Origin: a virus | DNA: 64,000 nt | IMG/VR virus record: IMGVR_UViG_3300025418_000011 | Strand: one strand, 5' to 3' | Part shown: one piece after another, positions 8,123 through 17,080 of the stretch | Layout: each line of letters starts with the position of its first letter | Position numbering within the stretch: the first letter of the stretch is position 1 | Translations under genes and position numbers: made by a program | Notes under the pieces: generated by a model | Databases searched by the model: none | Told to the model about the DNA's origin: nothing | What the model saw: the letters and a program-made list of their open reading frames with translations, nothing else

Positions 8123-8480
8123 GTTCTTGTTTTAGTTTGTGGGTTAAATTTCTAATCATATGTACCTTCTGCCTCTCTCTGGCTAGGGCTTGATTTAATT
8201 CTGAAACATTATTTTCCATCTCGTCAAAAGCCATGCCGCCAGCAGCTCCTGCTGCGGCGCTTGTGTTCATGGCCCAATGAGGAAGACCTCCTGCAATACC
8301 TGCAGCAGGACGAATGAGAAAGTCATTCATTACATTAAGATCAGACGCAACCTTCATGGCTCCTTCTGCCGTATTGATATTAGCCAGGGCATGCTCGAAT
8401 TCCTCCAACGAGCTTCCGATCTTCTGAAGATCATCGGCTAATACTTCTTTTATTGTTTTTGCGTAAGATGTTAAGTTCAT
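8109..8480 (-). CDS. putative internal head protein, Gly/Ala-rich
   Basis: MKVAS motif followed by AAGIAGG...AAAGAAGG. Confidence 0.6.
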   Translation of the reverse strand: MNLTSYAKTIKEVLADDLQKIGSSLEEFEHALANINTAEGAMKVASDLNVMNDFLIRPAAGIAGGLPHWAMNTSAAAGAAGGMAFDEMENNVSELNQALARERQKVHMIRNLTHKLKQEHGLH

Positions 8481-8860
8481 AGTACTGTGACTGTTCCTGT
8501 ATCAGGGTCCCAACGTGTAAATTTCGAGGGACCCATCAATTTGTTTAATATTATATTTCCTAATCCAAAACCTGCCAAGCTCATAAGTACCTGGCTAGTG
8601 CCGCTCATCTTTTTCCACCTAGCCACAGCCAGAGCCAAGGCTGCCCCTGCTGTTCCGGCGAGCAAATGACTGGCTACATCTGGTGAGTTGAGCATTCTCA
8701 ATATGTGGGTCTTTTGATCCTGAGAAAGAGCATGGTCTGCTTTTATATATTTTGCAAGATCCGCAGGAAGCATTGTTTCTCCTGGACCTATCAAACTAGA
8801 GAAATCCAGCGCACCTCCTAGCTCCAACCCTTCCATGCCTGTTGAGATAGCTTCGTTCAT
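8477..8860 (-). CDS. glycine-zipper membrane-type protein
   Basis: LAGTAGAALALAV and LAGFGLGNIIL hydrophobic hairpin. Confidence 0.6.
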   Translation of the reverse strand: MNEAISTGMEGLELGGALDFSSLIGPGETMLPADLAKYIKADHALSQDQKTHILRMLNSPDVASHLLAGTAGAALALAVARWKKMSGTSQVLMSLAGFGLGNIILNKLMGPSKFTRWDPDTGTVTVL

Positions 8861-9657
8861 TTTAAAGCCCCTCCTAACCCCACAAGAGCTCCACCAGCGA
8901 GCAATGGAAGTCCAACAGATCTATTGAACTCTTGCCCTGGGTTTGCCTGCATTTGCTGATTATATTCAGGGCTAAGTTTCTTTCTAAGATGATTCAAGAG
9001 CAACCCTCCAAGAATTGTTCCACCTATGGTGAGTAGAGGGTGTGAAGCCATTGCGCCCATAGCTCCTCTCACATTGTTGATTCCTCCGAACATGAGATGA
9101 GCCGCATTTTCAGGAGAGCCTAGAAGTCCGTTGAATTCTGCAGTTTTAATTTCTTCTTCTCCTCCTCTCAAGAGTGCTTCTGGATCAACTTTAGGAATGA
9201 CTTGCGATTCTTGATTTTTAATAGCCTCTAACCTCTTCATCATCTTTTTAGATGGCAGATATTTCCAGTTTCTGCCTTCACTGTGCTCTAACACAAATGT
9301 AGGATTTTCTCTGCCTGTGGCTAGGGTCATATAGATGCTGTGCGGGCTACTTCTGTGGATTTGGGCCGTGCCTCCGTGCAGTTTGTCTTTCTCAAAGTCT
9401 AATATATTTATATCTTTGAGTTTTTCAACAGGTTTGAGTTCTCCTCCGAACTCACTCAATCCAAAGCCGTAAACATGGTTACCATCAGATAGCCTCAACC
9501 CTTCAGGAGTAACCACATATTTCCAGTTCTTCTGCCCTGAGAAAGATGGAAGTATATTCTCGTTAGCCAGGTGGTCTACATAGCTATTGAAATCTCCCTT
9601 CTTCTCGTTGAGGAGGTCATTAAAGCCCAAGCTAAAAGCCGTGAGGTCTAAATCCAT
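8857..9657 (-). CDS. putative internal head protein: globular N-domain plus glycine-zipper C-terminus
   Basis: IKTAE precedes GGTILGGLLL and LLAGGALVGLGG; start moved from TTG 9696 to ATG 9657, 2 nt after the upstream stop. Confidence 0.6.
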   Translation of the reverse strand: MDLDLTAFSLGFNDLLNEKKGDFNSYVDHLANENILPSFSGQKNWKYVVTPEGLRLSDGNHVYGFGLSEFGGELKPVEKLKDINILDFEKDKLHGGTAQIHRSSPHSIYMTLATGRENPTFVLEHSEGRNWKYLPSKKMMKRLEAIKNQESQVIPKVDPEALLRGGEEEIKTAEFNGLLGSPENAAHLMFGGINNVRGAMGAMASHPLLTIGGTILGGLLLNHLRKKLSPEYNQQMQANPGQEFNRSVGLPLLAGGALVGLGGALK

Positions 9658-9659
9658 AT

Positions 9660-10760
9660 TTATCTGATAGAGGAAGGCATCGCGTCTCTGCTCCAACCAT
9701 AACCATAGCTAGCTAACGGGTTGCCCCCTCCCATAGCAGAGTTCATCATGCCTGGTAAGAACTTATGGCCTAGAAACCCGCCTAAAAGTAAAGGAGTCAC
9801 TGTGCCTAGAGGAAGCCCCAATTCTTTGCTGAGCATCAATGCACCTAATGCGCCTCCTGCCGTACCAGCCAGCTCGTTAGAAATTCCTGGAATCATTTGG
9901 TGTTGGTTCCAGGGCGGCTGACCATATTTGAAGTCTCCCCCATCTCCTGAGATAGACCTACCCAGTAAAGCTCCTCCTCCTAATGCACCGGCACCAACGC
10001 CAGCAACTCCTGCTCTACCTAATAGTCCGGCAGCCCCTCCTAGCGCGGCTCCTCCTAAAGCTCCTGGTAAACCTCCCAGTGCACCTATTCCACCGCCGTA
10101 GAGGGCCCCCTTGCCTGCTTTGTTCCATCTACGTGCCCAGAATCCTGGACCCATGAATCCAGGGTCTCCTGACTGTGGAGTTGCTTGAGGGGTGGAAGTT
10201 GTGGGTTCTGCTGCAGGTGTAATAGGCTCCGCAGCTGGATGCGCTGCTTCTGATGCAGGAACTCCTCCAGCCCCTTCTGAAGCACTGAAGCCAGGACGAA
10301 TCTTATTTGCCTCTTCTCCGACACCCATAAATGTATTTTTCAATCCTTGCAGCATACCCTCACCCTTTCCTGCTTCTCTCCAGGTGTCTCCTACTCCCTT
10401 GAAAACTCTACCCAAGCCCTCACCTATACCACCTAGTCCCCTGAGGAGTGAAGCTTCTCCTCCTGCGGTCTTCTCGTTGAACTCTCCTGCAATCTTCTCT
10501 AGTTCAACCTCGCTCTCTTTGAAGAATCCCTCTATGAATGCTTCGTCCTTTCCTTCTTCTAGCAAAGCCTCTTTCACGCCCTTTCTGAACTCTAGACTCT
10601 CTTCTCTCACTTGATTCAACAGAGCTGAAGTCTTCTCCAGGAACTCCATAGTCTCTTTGTTCGAGAGTATTGTATCCACTATTCCCAGCGAGGCTTCTTT
10701 GGATATTCCCTCCTGAGATAATACTTCTAACATTCCTGACTTCAGTGCTTCTGGATTCAT
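9660..10760 (-). CDS. putative internal head/ejection protein with long glycine zipper
   Basis: Acidic N-terminus with KEAS, KTSA, KESE, KIAG, KTAG, then GGGIGALGGLPGALGGAALGGAAG... Confidence 0.65.
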   Translation of the reverse strand: MNPEALKSGMLEVLSQEGISKEASLGIVDTILSNKETMEFLEKTSALLNQVREESLEFRKGVKEALLEEGKDEAFIEGFFKESEVELEKIAGEFNEKTAGGEASLLRGLGGIGEGLGRVFKGVGDTWREAGKGEGMLQGLKNTFMGVGEEANKIRPGFSASEGAGGVPASEAAHPAAEPITPAAEPTTSTPQATPQSGDPGFMGPGFWARRWNKAGKGALYGGGIGALGGLPGALGGAALGGAAGLLGRAGVAGVGAGALGGGALLGRSISGDGGDFKYGQPPWNQHQMIPGISNELAGTAGGALGALMLSKELGLPLGTVTPLLLGGFLGHKFLPGMMNSAMGGGNPLASYGYGWSRDAMPSSIR

Positions 10761-11871
10761 ATTCTGGGTTTGCGCAAGATTTAGTTCTATCGATTTTATC
10801 TTTAGAATGCTTTTTTTGCAAGTCAGGATTCTTCTCTAATCCTCCGCACCCTGTTTTGTGTGTATGTAGGAAGAAATAAGCCACAGAGTATGCCATCTCA
10901 CGAGCATTTCTAACCAGCTCGGCACCATCATCAGGATTCCACTCAGTGGACAGTCTATCACTCCAATCATACACACCAGTTATGTATCCTAGATAGTTCT
11001 CAAACTCAGAGGTTCTGCTCTTCCAGGTTATATATTTGTTATCTCCAGCCATTCCCATAGAAATAGCTTTGTCTAACTTAAGTTTAGATCTCATATCCTC
11101 TTCTGACCAACCTTTATCCGCCCAGAACACCACATGAGTATGAGGATGAATCACACGGCTAGAGATAGAAGTAGCACTGCACTCATGACTGTAGAAGTAG
11201 TCAGAGATAACGCCAGAGCGCTTCAATGCCATCAACCTACCTCTGGTTTTCTTGAAGTCACCGTCCAAACTAGATATCCATTCTTCACCGTGATCTGGAA
11301 TGTGAACATCATCTTCATGAATAACAAAGGTCATAGCACGTTTACCAGACCTGAAGAGATCAGAGATAGAGAGCGAACGCTGATTCAACCACTTTGTACT
11401 ATCATTCCTAGTAGTATATGGGTTGAGAGTCTTGCTTTTGAGATTCTTACCACAAACTCCTTTCTTATATGAGAGCATACTGTTTAAGAGAGAACCAGAG
11501 CTCAACAGGCTATCACCAGTAAGAGCAACAAATGAGCACCAACGAGTAAATTGGTTCTTACGCTTCATACCCCATGCAGGATAGTAAATGATTCCATGAT
11601 TACCAGATCTACCTTCACCCTGAACTTCTTTCTCTAGTATTCTAAGTATGTTCCAACTTTCACCAGGAGTGAGATAATCCCAACCAGCAATTATAGAGCG
11701 CATATTTGTAGGGTCTACTTCAGCTCTAGAGGTGGGAGAATAGTCTAGGGGTTTGTTCATACACCTGTTCGCCCCTAAAGCCAACCATTCGTTAATTACC
11801 CTATCCCTTGGGCGGTTAGGTTTCATGTCCACCCCACACAATTGTCCGGCTAACTCTTCTTCTGAAAGCAT
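10504..11871 (-). CDS. diverged HUH endonuclease, Rep_1/pC194-like rolling-circle initiator fold
   Basis: MTFVI (motif 1-like), YFYSHEC...HPHTHVVFW (motif 2), ENYLGY (motif 3-like), KTGCGGL ~ RLISYGGL. Confidence 0.65.
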   Translation of the reverse strand: MLSEEELAGQLCGVDMKPNRPRDRVINEWLALGANRCMNKPLDYSPTSRAEVDPTNMRSIIAGWDYLTPGESWNILRILEKEVQGEGRSGNHGIIYYPAWGMKRKNQFTRWCSFVALTGDSLLSSGSLLNSMLSYKKGVCGKNLKSKTLNPYTTRNDSTKWLNQRSLSISDLFRSGKRAMTFVIHEDDVHIPDHGEEWISSLDGDFKKTRGRLMALKRSGVISDYFYSHECSATSISSRVIHPHTHVVFWADKGWSEEDMRSKLKLDKAISMGMAGDNKYITWKSRTSEFENYLGYITGVYDWSDRLSTEWNPDDGAELVRNAREMAYSVAYFFLHTHKTGCGGLEKNPDLQKKHSKDKIDRTKSCANPEYESRSTEVRNVRSIISGGNIQRSLAGNSGYNTLEQRDYGVPGEDFSSVESSERRESRVQKGRERGFARRRKGRSIHRGILQRERG

Positions 11872-12051
11872 GGGCTCAAATTATCCACAGAAAGCACGGT
11901 TGTCAAATTCTCTGTACTGGAATCTTTTGGATGATGGAATGTGTAGGAGAGAGATGTTAAAAAGAGGGATCTATCTAATAGACTAGGTGGCCCTTGAAAT
12001 CCTCGCTTCCAATATAGGGGTTTATAGAGTATCCTAGTCTGCAAATACATT

Positions 12052-12363
12052 ATGAAACAGCTAGAGAATATTCATTCTATCACAGTAAGAGGCAGAAGGT
12101 ATAAATTCCTATTGCTACCTAATCTGATTAATGAAACCAAGAACAGAGGGCGCACGGATAACCCAGAAGCCAAAGGTAAAACTGTGGTTGTAGATCCAGA
12201 TCAATCACCTAAGGAGATGCTGGCTACTCTTTTGGATGAGTTGATACATTGTGCTGTTTGGGAATTAGACAATGACATCGTGGATGAAATCAGTGATGAC
12301 ATAGCGCATGTACTCTGGAGATGCGGATTAAGATTTGTGGATAACCCAGAAGAGGTGGACTAA
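12052..12363 (+). CDS. small zincin-like protein with degenerate HExxH
   Basis: TLLDELIHC where TLLHELIHA would be canonical. Confidence 0.5.
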   Translation: MKQLENIHSITVRGRRYKFLLLPNLINETKNRGRTDNPEAKGKTVVVDPDQSPKEMLATLLDELIHCAVWELDNDIVDEISDDIAHVLWRCGLRFVDNPEEVD

Positions 12364-12413
12364 CTTCTTTAAAAAGGTTAAAATATTCTAGTATAACCAA
12401 CATATCTAATATT

Positions 12414-13205
12414 ATGAGCATAACCGGAAAAACATTTCAGGGAGGAAGGCAGCCAAGAAGTCATAATCCCAAGATTCCCTTCATGCGCACACTGCTGGCG
12501 GGCAAACCAATTCCCGCTTTTCCGGAAGAAGTTGATTATACCGTAGGAATGCCCAGCAATCTGGGAGTGATGATGAATGACCAACTGGGCGACTGTACCT
12601 GCGCGGCGTTCTATCACGCACTACAGGTTTGGAGTTATAATACAACAGGGCAGTTATTAACAGAAGACGACGCTGAAGTTGAAATCCTGTATGAGCGCGC
12701 TTGCGGATATATACCAGGTAATCCTGCCACAGATAACGGTGGTAATGAGCAGCAAGTTCTCACCTATCTTCTCAATGAGGGGGCACCTGTAGGGTCGGGA
12801 GACGCAGAGAGACATAAGTTGACTGCTTTTTATGAAATTCATGTTAATCACATTGACGCCATAAAATCTGCTATCAATGCATGTGGTGTGTTGTATATGG
12901 GTATAGACGTTCCTCAATATATTACTCCTCCAGAAGGCAACCCTCCCGCTGTTTGGACACTCGAACCTTCAGCAGACAATACTATAGTAGGAGGGCATGC
13001 CATTATTGCTGCCGGATATAATAATGTTGGATTAAAAGTTATTTCATGGGGGCAATATTACACAATGACTTGGGATTTCTTTAGTAAGTTTACAGATGAG
13101 GCATATGCTCTTGTGGACGTTGAATGGGTTAAATCTAACAATTCTACTCCTGCGGGTTTAACCCTAGACCAGTTAGAGCAGGCAATGGCAGAGCTCAGGA
13201 ATTAA
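12414..13205 (+). CDS. papain-like (C1 family) cysteine peptidase
   Basis: NDQLGDCTCAA (catalytic Cys), GGHAIIAAGY (His), VISWG; no signal peptide. Confidence 0.88.
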   Translation: MSITGKTFQGGRQPRSHNPKIPFMRTLLAGKPIPAFPEEVDYTVGMPSNLGVMMNDQLGDCTCAAFYHALQVWSYNTTGQLLTEDDAEVEILYERACGYIPGNPATDNGGNEQQVLTYLLNEGAPVGSGDAERHKLTAFYEIHVNHIDAIKSAINACGVLYMGIDVPQYITPPEGNPPAVWTLEPSADNTIVGGHAIIAAGYNNVGLKVISWGQYYTMTWDFFSKFTDEAYALVDVEWVKSNNSTPAGLTLDQLEQAMAELRN

Positions 13206-13268
13206 CTACATAACGCGGCTATTAACAAATCAGTAGCCTTTTAAACAGGCTGTTGATAGAATGTTTGG

Positions 13269-16256
13269 ATGAAAGAGTACAAATTCGTGTTGGACCACGG
13301 AAAACTCAAAAAAGTCCCAAGATCAACTAAAGTAGATTATAAGATTCCGAGCACCACGGATTTCTTCTCTCCTGTTACAAATCTCATACCTAGCCTGAGC
13401 AGCGTTTCCGGTGCTCGTGTGCTTATCGGAGACAAGAGTTCGCTGCAGGCCATGACTCTGGTTAACAGAGAAGCCCCGTTGGTTCAATCTAGCGAAAGTC
13501 AGGAACACAAGAGCTTTGTTGAACAGTTTGGACACAAGCTTGTTAGTATACGCAGCAATATTTCAGGAAAAGTCACTTCAGTAGACAACGACAAGATTGT
13601 TATAAAAGACAACTCTGGTAAAGAGCACGAACATCCGCTTTATCAAAATTATTTAGTAGGTAGAGAAAGTTATATGCACCATACACCTACTGTTAAAGTA
13701 GGTGATTCTGTTAAACCTGAAAGTTTATTAGCTACCTCTAACTACTCAGACAGTCATGGCAATATGGCCTTGGGTATGAATCTCAAAACGGCCGTGATGC
13801 CGTATAGATCGTATAACTTTGAGGACGCACTTGTTATTAGCGAAGATGCTGCAAAAAAATTAGAAGCAGAGCAACTTGTTCCAGTTAGATTGGAGATAGC
13901 TAGAGGTATAGAAACAGAAAAAGATAAATATGTTTCTCTGTTTCCTAATAAATACTTTAATGACCAGTTAGGTAAATTAGATAGCTCTGGTGTTGTGAAA
14001 AGGGGAAGTGTAGTAAAGCACGGAGATCCATTGATTCTTGCCTATCAGCCTAAAACATTAAAGTCATTAGAGATTCAATTAGGTAAACTTTCCAGAGCAT
14101 TAAAAAACGCGTATTCAGATATCACAGAGACCTGGACTTACGAGCACGATGGTGAAGTTGTGGATGTTAGCAACACAGGTAAATTAATCACAGTAACTAT
14201 AAAGACTCGTAGGCCTATGGCCACAGCTGACAAACTATCTAATCCTTTCGGAGCAAAGGGGGTGGTTAGAATTGTTAGCAATAGTGAAATGCCTCAAGGA
14301 GAAGACGGTAAACCTATAGATGTATTGCTCAATTCGATGAGTGTTACTAGCCGTGTTGCTCCGGGGCTCATCACGACCATGGCAATGGGCAAGGTTGCTC
14401 AAAAATTAGGACATAGTCTAAAAATCACACCATTCTCTGATGGTAGCGTTGTTGAAAAAACAATAAAAGAATTAGAGAAACACGGCATAAAAGACACAGA
14501 GAAATTATACGATCCTGTTTCTGGTAAACACATAGAAGTATTCACCGGACCATCTTACTACACTCGACTCCATCATATAGCTGAAGATAAAATTTCGTCC
14601 AGATCGTCAGGAACTACCTACGATATCAATATGCAACCCTCTAAGGCGGGCACAGAAGAAAAGAGTAAGCGTTTGGGAAATCTTGCAACCACGGTGGCAC
14701 TTTCTAACGACGCTAAAGAAGTTTTAAAAGATGTTGCCGTTGTTAGAGGAACAAAAAACGACGAGTTCTGGAATGCAATAAAATTAGGTTATGCTCCACC
14801 TCCACCAAAAGTTCCATTTATATTTAACAAGTTTATCTCTCACCTAGAAGGTTCTGGTGTGCACGTTAATCAAGAGGGAACTAAGTTTAATATTCTTCCC
14901 CAAACAGATAAGGATATAGAAAAAATTAGTCACGGTGAAATTCATGAACCTCTAACCTACAAATTAAAAAATGGTGAATTAGTCGCTGAGAATAACGGAC
15001 TTTTTGACCCTGTAAATGTAGGTATTTATGGAGATAACTATAATCATATCAATCTTTCATTTAAAGTCCCCAATCCTGTTAGTGAAGAACCACTTCGTAA
15101 ACTTTTAGGAGTTACTAAAAATAAGTTTGAAGAGATGCTTGCTGATGGATCGTTAGAGAAAGCTTTAAATGGTATAAAGCTAGACGATAAAATAAACGAG
15201 CTGAAGGGTTACATTAAGTCTAACAGAAAAACAGAGAGAGACTCAGCTGTTAAAGTTTTGTCTTTCTTAACCATGTTGAAGAGGCAGGATTTACATCCTA
15301 AAGATTTATTAATTTCTAAAATTCCGGTTATCCCTGCCCAATATAGACCTATTACTGCTCAAGGTAATCAAATCATGAGCGCTGATGTTAACGAGCTATA
15401 TAAAGATTTGATGCTGGTTAATAAATCTTTTAATGGTATAGACGAGCATACTCCAGTGGAATTAAAAGGAGAGGCTCGCAAAAAATTATACGAGGGCGTT
15501 AGAGCTGTGTATGGTTTAGGCGAACCAATCAGCACCAGGAGCAAAGAAAAAAACTTTAAAGGTTTGTTAGCCACAACACTGGGCACACAAGGAGGTAGTG
15601 CAAAAAGCTCAATGTTCCAGGCAAAGGTTGTGAATAAACCAATAGACCTCGTGGGTAGAGGGGTACTTGTGCCGGATGGAAATCTTCAATTGAACGAAGC
15701 GGCAATTCCTCAGGCTATTTTGTGGAATATATACACTCCTTTTGTTATTCGGAGATTAGTAAGGCAGGGAGTACCAGCCACAAAGGCAAGAGACTATGTT
15801 AAGTCTAAACACCCTTTAGCCTCCTTGGCTTTACAAGAAGAACTCAAGGATCGCCCAGGAATTGTTACCAGAGACCCGCAGTTATCCAAATATAACTTTC
15901 AAGGATTCTACCTTAGGCCTAACCCGGATCCTAAAGACTTCTCTATAAAGCTCAACCCCTTGGTGTTTAAAGGTTATGGTGCTGATTCTGACGGAGACCA
16001 ATTGAATGTGCAAGTTCCGGCAGGAGACGCAGCTAAAGAAGAAGTTAAAGAAAAGTTATTCCCTGAGAAAAACTTAATTTATCATAGAACTTTTAGCCCT
16101 ATATATACCCCATCAAATGAGGCGGCTGTGGGATTATTTGCGGCTAGCTACGAGAATAAACATAATAAACCTATGCACTACTCTAGCGAAGCCCAGGTAG
16201 TTGCCGATTTTATGGCCGGAAAGCTAGACATAGGAGATAATATTGACTTATCTTAA
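13269..16256 (+). CDS. rpoBC: RNA polymerase beta C-terminal / beta' N-terminal fusion with the catalytic DxDGD motif
   Basis: beta: YNFEDALVISE, ADKLSNPFGAKGVV, PIDVLLNSMSVTSR, RLHHIAEDKISSR; beta': IPVIPAQYRP, KPIDLVGRGVL, TRDPQL, LNPLVFKGYGADSDGDQLNVQVP. Confidence 0.95.
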   Translation: MKEYKFVLDHGKLKKVPRSTKVDYKIPSTTDFFSPVTNLIPSLSSVSGARVLIGDKSSLQAMTLVNREAPLVQSSESQEHKSFVEQFGHKLVSIRSNISGKVTSVDNDKIVIKDNSGKEHEHPLYQNYLVGRESYMHHTPTVKVGDSVKPESLLATSNYSDSHGNMALGMNLKTAVMPYRSYNFEDALVISEDAAKKLEAEQLVPVRLEIARGIETEKDKYVSLFPNKYFNDQLGKLDSSGVVKRGSVVKHGDPLILAYQPKTLKSLEIQLGKLSRALKNAYSDITETWTYEHDGEVVDVSNTGKLITVTIKTRRPMATADKLSNPFGAKGVVRIVSNSEMPQGEDGKPIDVLLNSMSVTSRVAPGLITTMAMGKVAQKLGHSLKITPFSDGSVVEKTIKELEKHGIKDTEKLYDPVSGKHIEVFTGPSYYTRLHHIAEDKISSRSSGTTYDINMQPSKAGTEEKSKRLGNLATTVALSNDAKEVLKDVAVVRGTKNDEFWNAIKLGYAPPPPKVPFIFNKFISHLEGSGVHVNQEGTKFNILPQTDKDIEKISHGEIHEPLTYKLKNGELVAENNGLFDPVNVGIYGDNYNHINLSFKVPNPVSEEPLRKLLGVTKNKFEEMLADGSLEKALNGIKLDDKINELKGYIKSNRKTERDSAVKVLSFLTMLKRQDLHPKDLLISKIPVIPAQYRPITAQGNQIMSADVNELYKDLMLVNKSFNGIDEHTPVELKGEARKKLYEGVRAVYGLGEPISTRSKEKNFKGLLATTLGTQGGSAKSSMFQAKVVNKPIDLVGRGVLVPDGNLQLNEAAIPQAILWNIYTPFVIRRLVRQGVPATKARDYVKSKHPLASLALQEELKDRPGIVTRDPQLSKYNFQGFYLRPNPDPKDFSIKLNPLVFKGYGADSDGDQLNVQVPAGDAAKEEVKEKLFPEKNLIYHRTFSPIYTPSNEAAVGLFAASYENKHNKPMHYSSEAQVVADFMAGKLDIGDNIDLS

Positions 16257-16286
16257 AGCTTTATTAAACTTTAAGTATCACATACA

Positions 16287-16487
16287 ATGATAGATGAAGA
16301 AATTTGGTTTAAGCTAACTGATGAAGAAAAGTTGGCGGAGCTAGAACACTATCTAGATGAACTCCGCAGGCTTGATTCCGGAGAGCATGAACTAAGGGGT
16401 ACCCATCAACAGGGTAAAATTAAGACTTTAAAAAAAGAAATAAAGAAGAAAATAAATAAAATAATAGACCTGGAGTATATCAAATGA
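16287..16487 (+). CDS. small charged helical protein
   Basis: ORF between RNAP genes; acidic N-half, basic C-half. Confidence 0.7.
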   Translation: MIDEEIWFKLTDEEKLAELEHYLDELRRLDSGEHELRGTHQQGKIKTLKKEIKKKINKIIDLEYIK

Positions 16488-17080
16488 ATATTCAATCCCT
16501 TATAGAATCTTATGATGGCCTAGTTAAAGAGGCGTTCATCCCAAATCCCCAGGCGCAACAAGATCAGGGACAGTTGCAACAAGCTCAGCAACAGCTTATG
16601 GGTATGATCTCTCAACTCCCTCCCGAACTTCAGCAGCAGATTTCCCCGGCGTTGCAGCAACTTCAACAGCTTCCGCCCGACCAGCAGCTCCAGGCCATGC
16701 AACAGCTTGCCCAGCAGATCCAGCAGGTAGGTCAACAACAAGCGCAGCCTCAGCAACCACAGGAAGGCCAACCGGCAGAACAAGCCGAGCAGGAACCTCA
16801 GCAAGCCGCAGGAAATGTTAATGCGGAGAACAGCCTCGATAACACAAAGGTAACACTTTCTGTCAGAGAACTCTTAGATCTTTCGAGTGGCGGCAAGGCT
16901 ACCCATAGCTTGCTTAAGGTTAAACAACTTGCGGACACCCATAATAAAAAAATGGAAGCTATGCAGAAGCAGCAGCAGCAAGCAGAAGATCAGGCTCAGC
17001 AAGAGCAAGCCCAGCAATCCGCTATGGGGCAAGGTGGTATTTATACAGCTCCCATGGGATCAGGAAAACCACAACAATGA
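16484..17080 (+). CDS. glutamine-rich low-complexity protein with N-terminal KEAF motif
   Basis: LPPELQQQ/LPPDQQLQ repeats and poly-Q runs. Confidence 0.8.
   Translation: MNIQSLIESYDGLVKEAFIPNPQAQQDQGQLQQAQQQLMGMISQLPPELQQQISPALQQLQQLPPDQQLQAMQQLAQQIQQVGQQQAQPQQPQEGQPAEQAEQEPQQAAGNVNAENSLDNTKVTLSVRELLDLSSGGKATHSLLKVKQLADTHNKKMEAMQKQQQQAEDQAQQEQAQQSAMGQGGIYTAPMGSGKPQQ

Noticed and set aside
4891-11986. Plus-strand ORFs such as 4891..5262, 6759..7064, 7378..7731, 10192..10614 and 11134..11472
   Set aside because: Shadows of minus-strand genes with biased codons; no motifs or initiation signals
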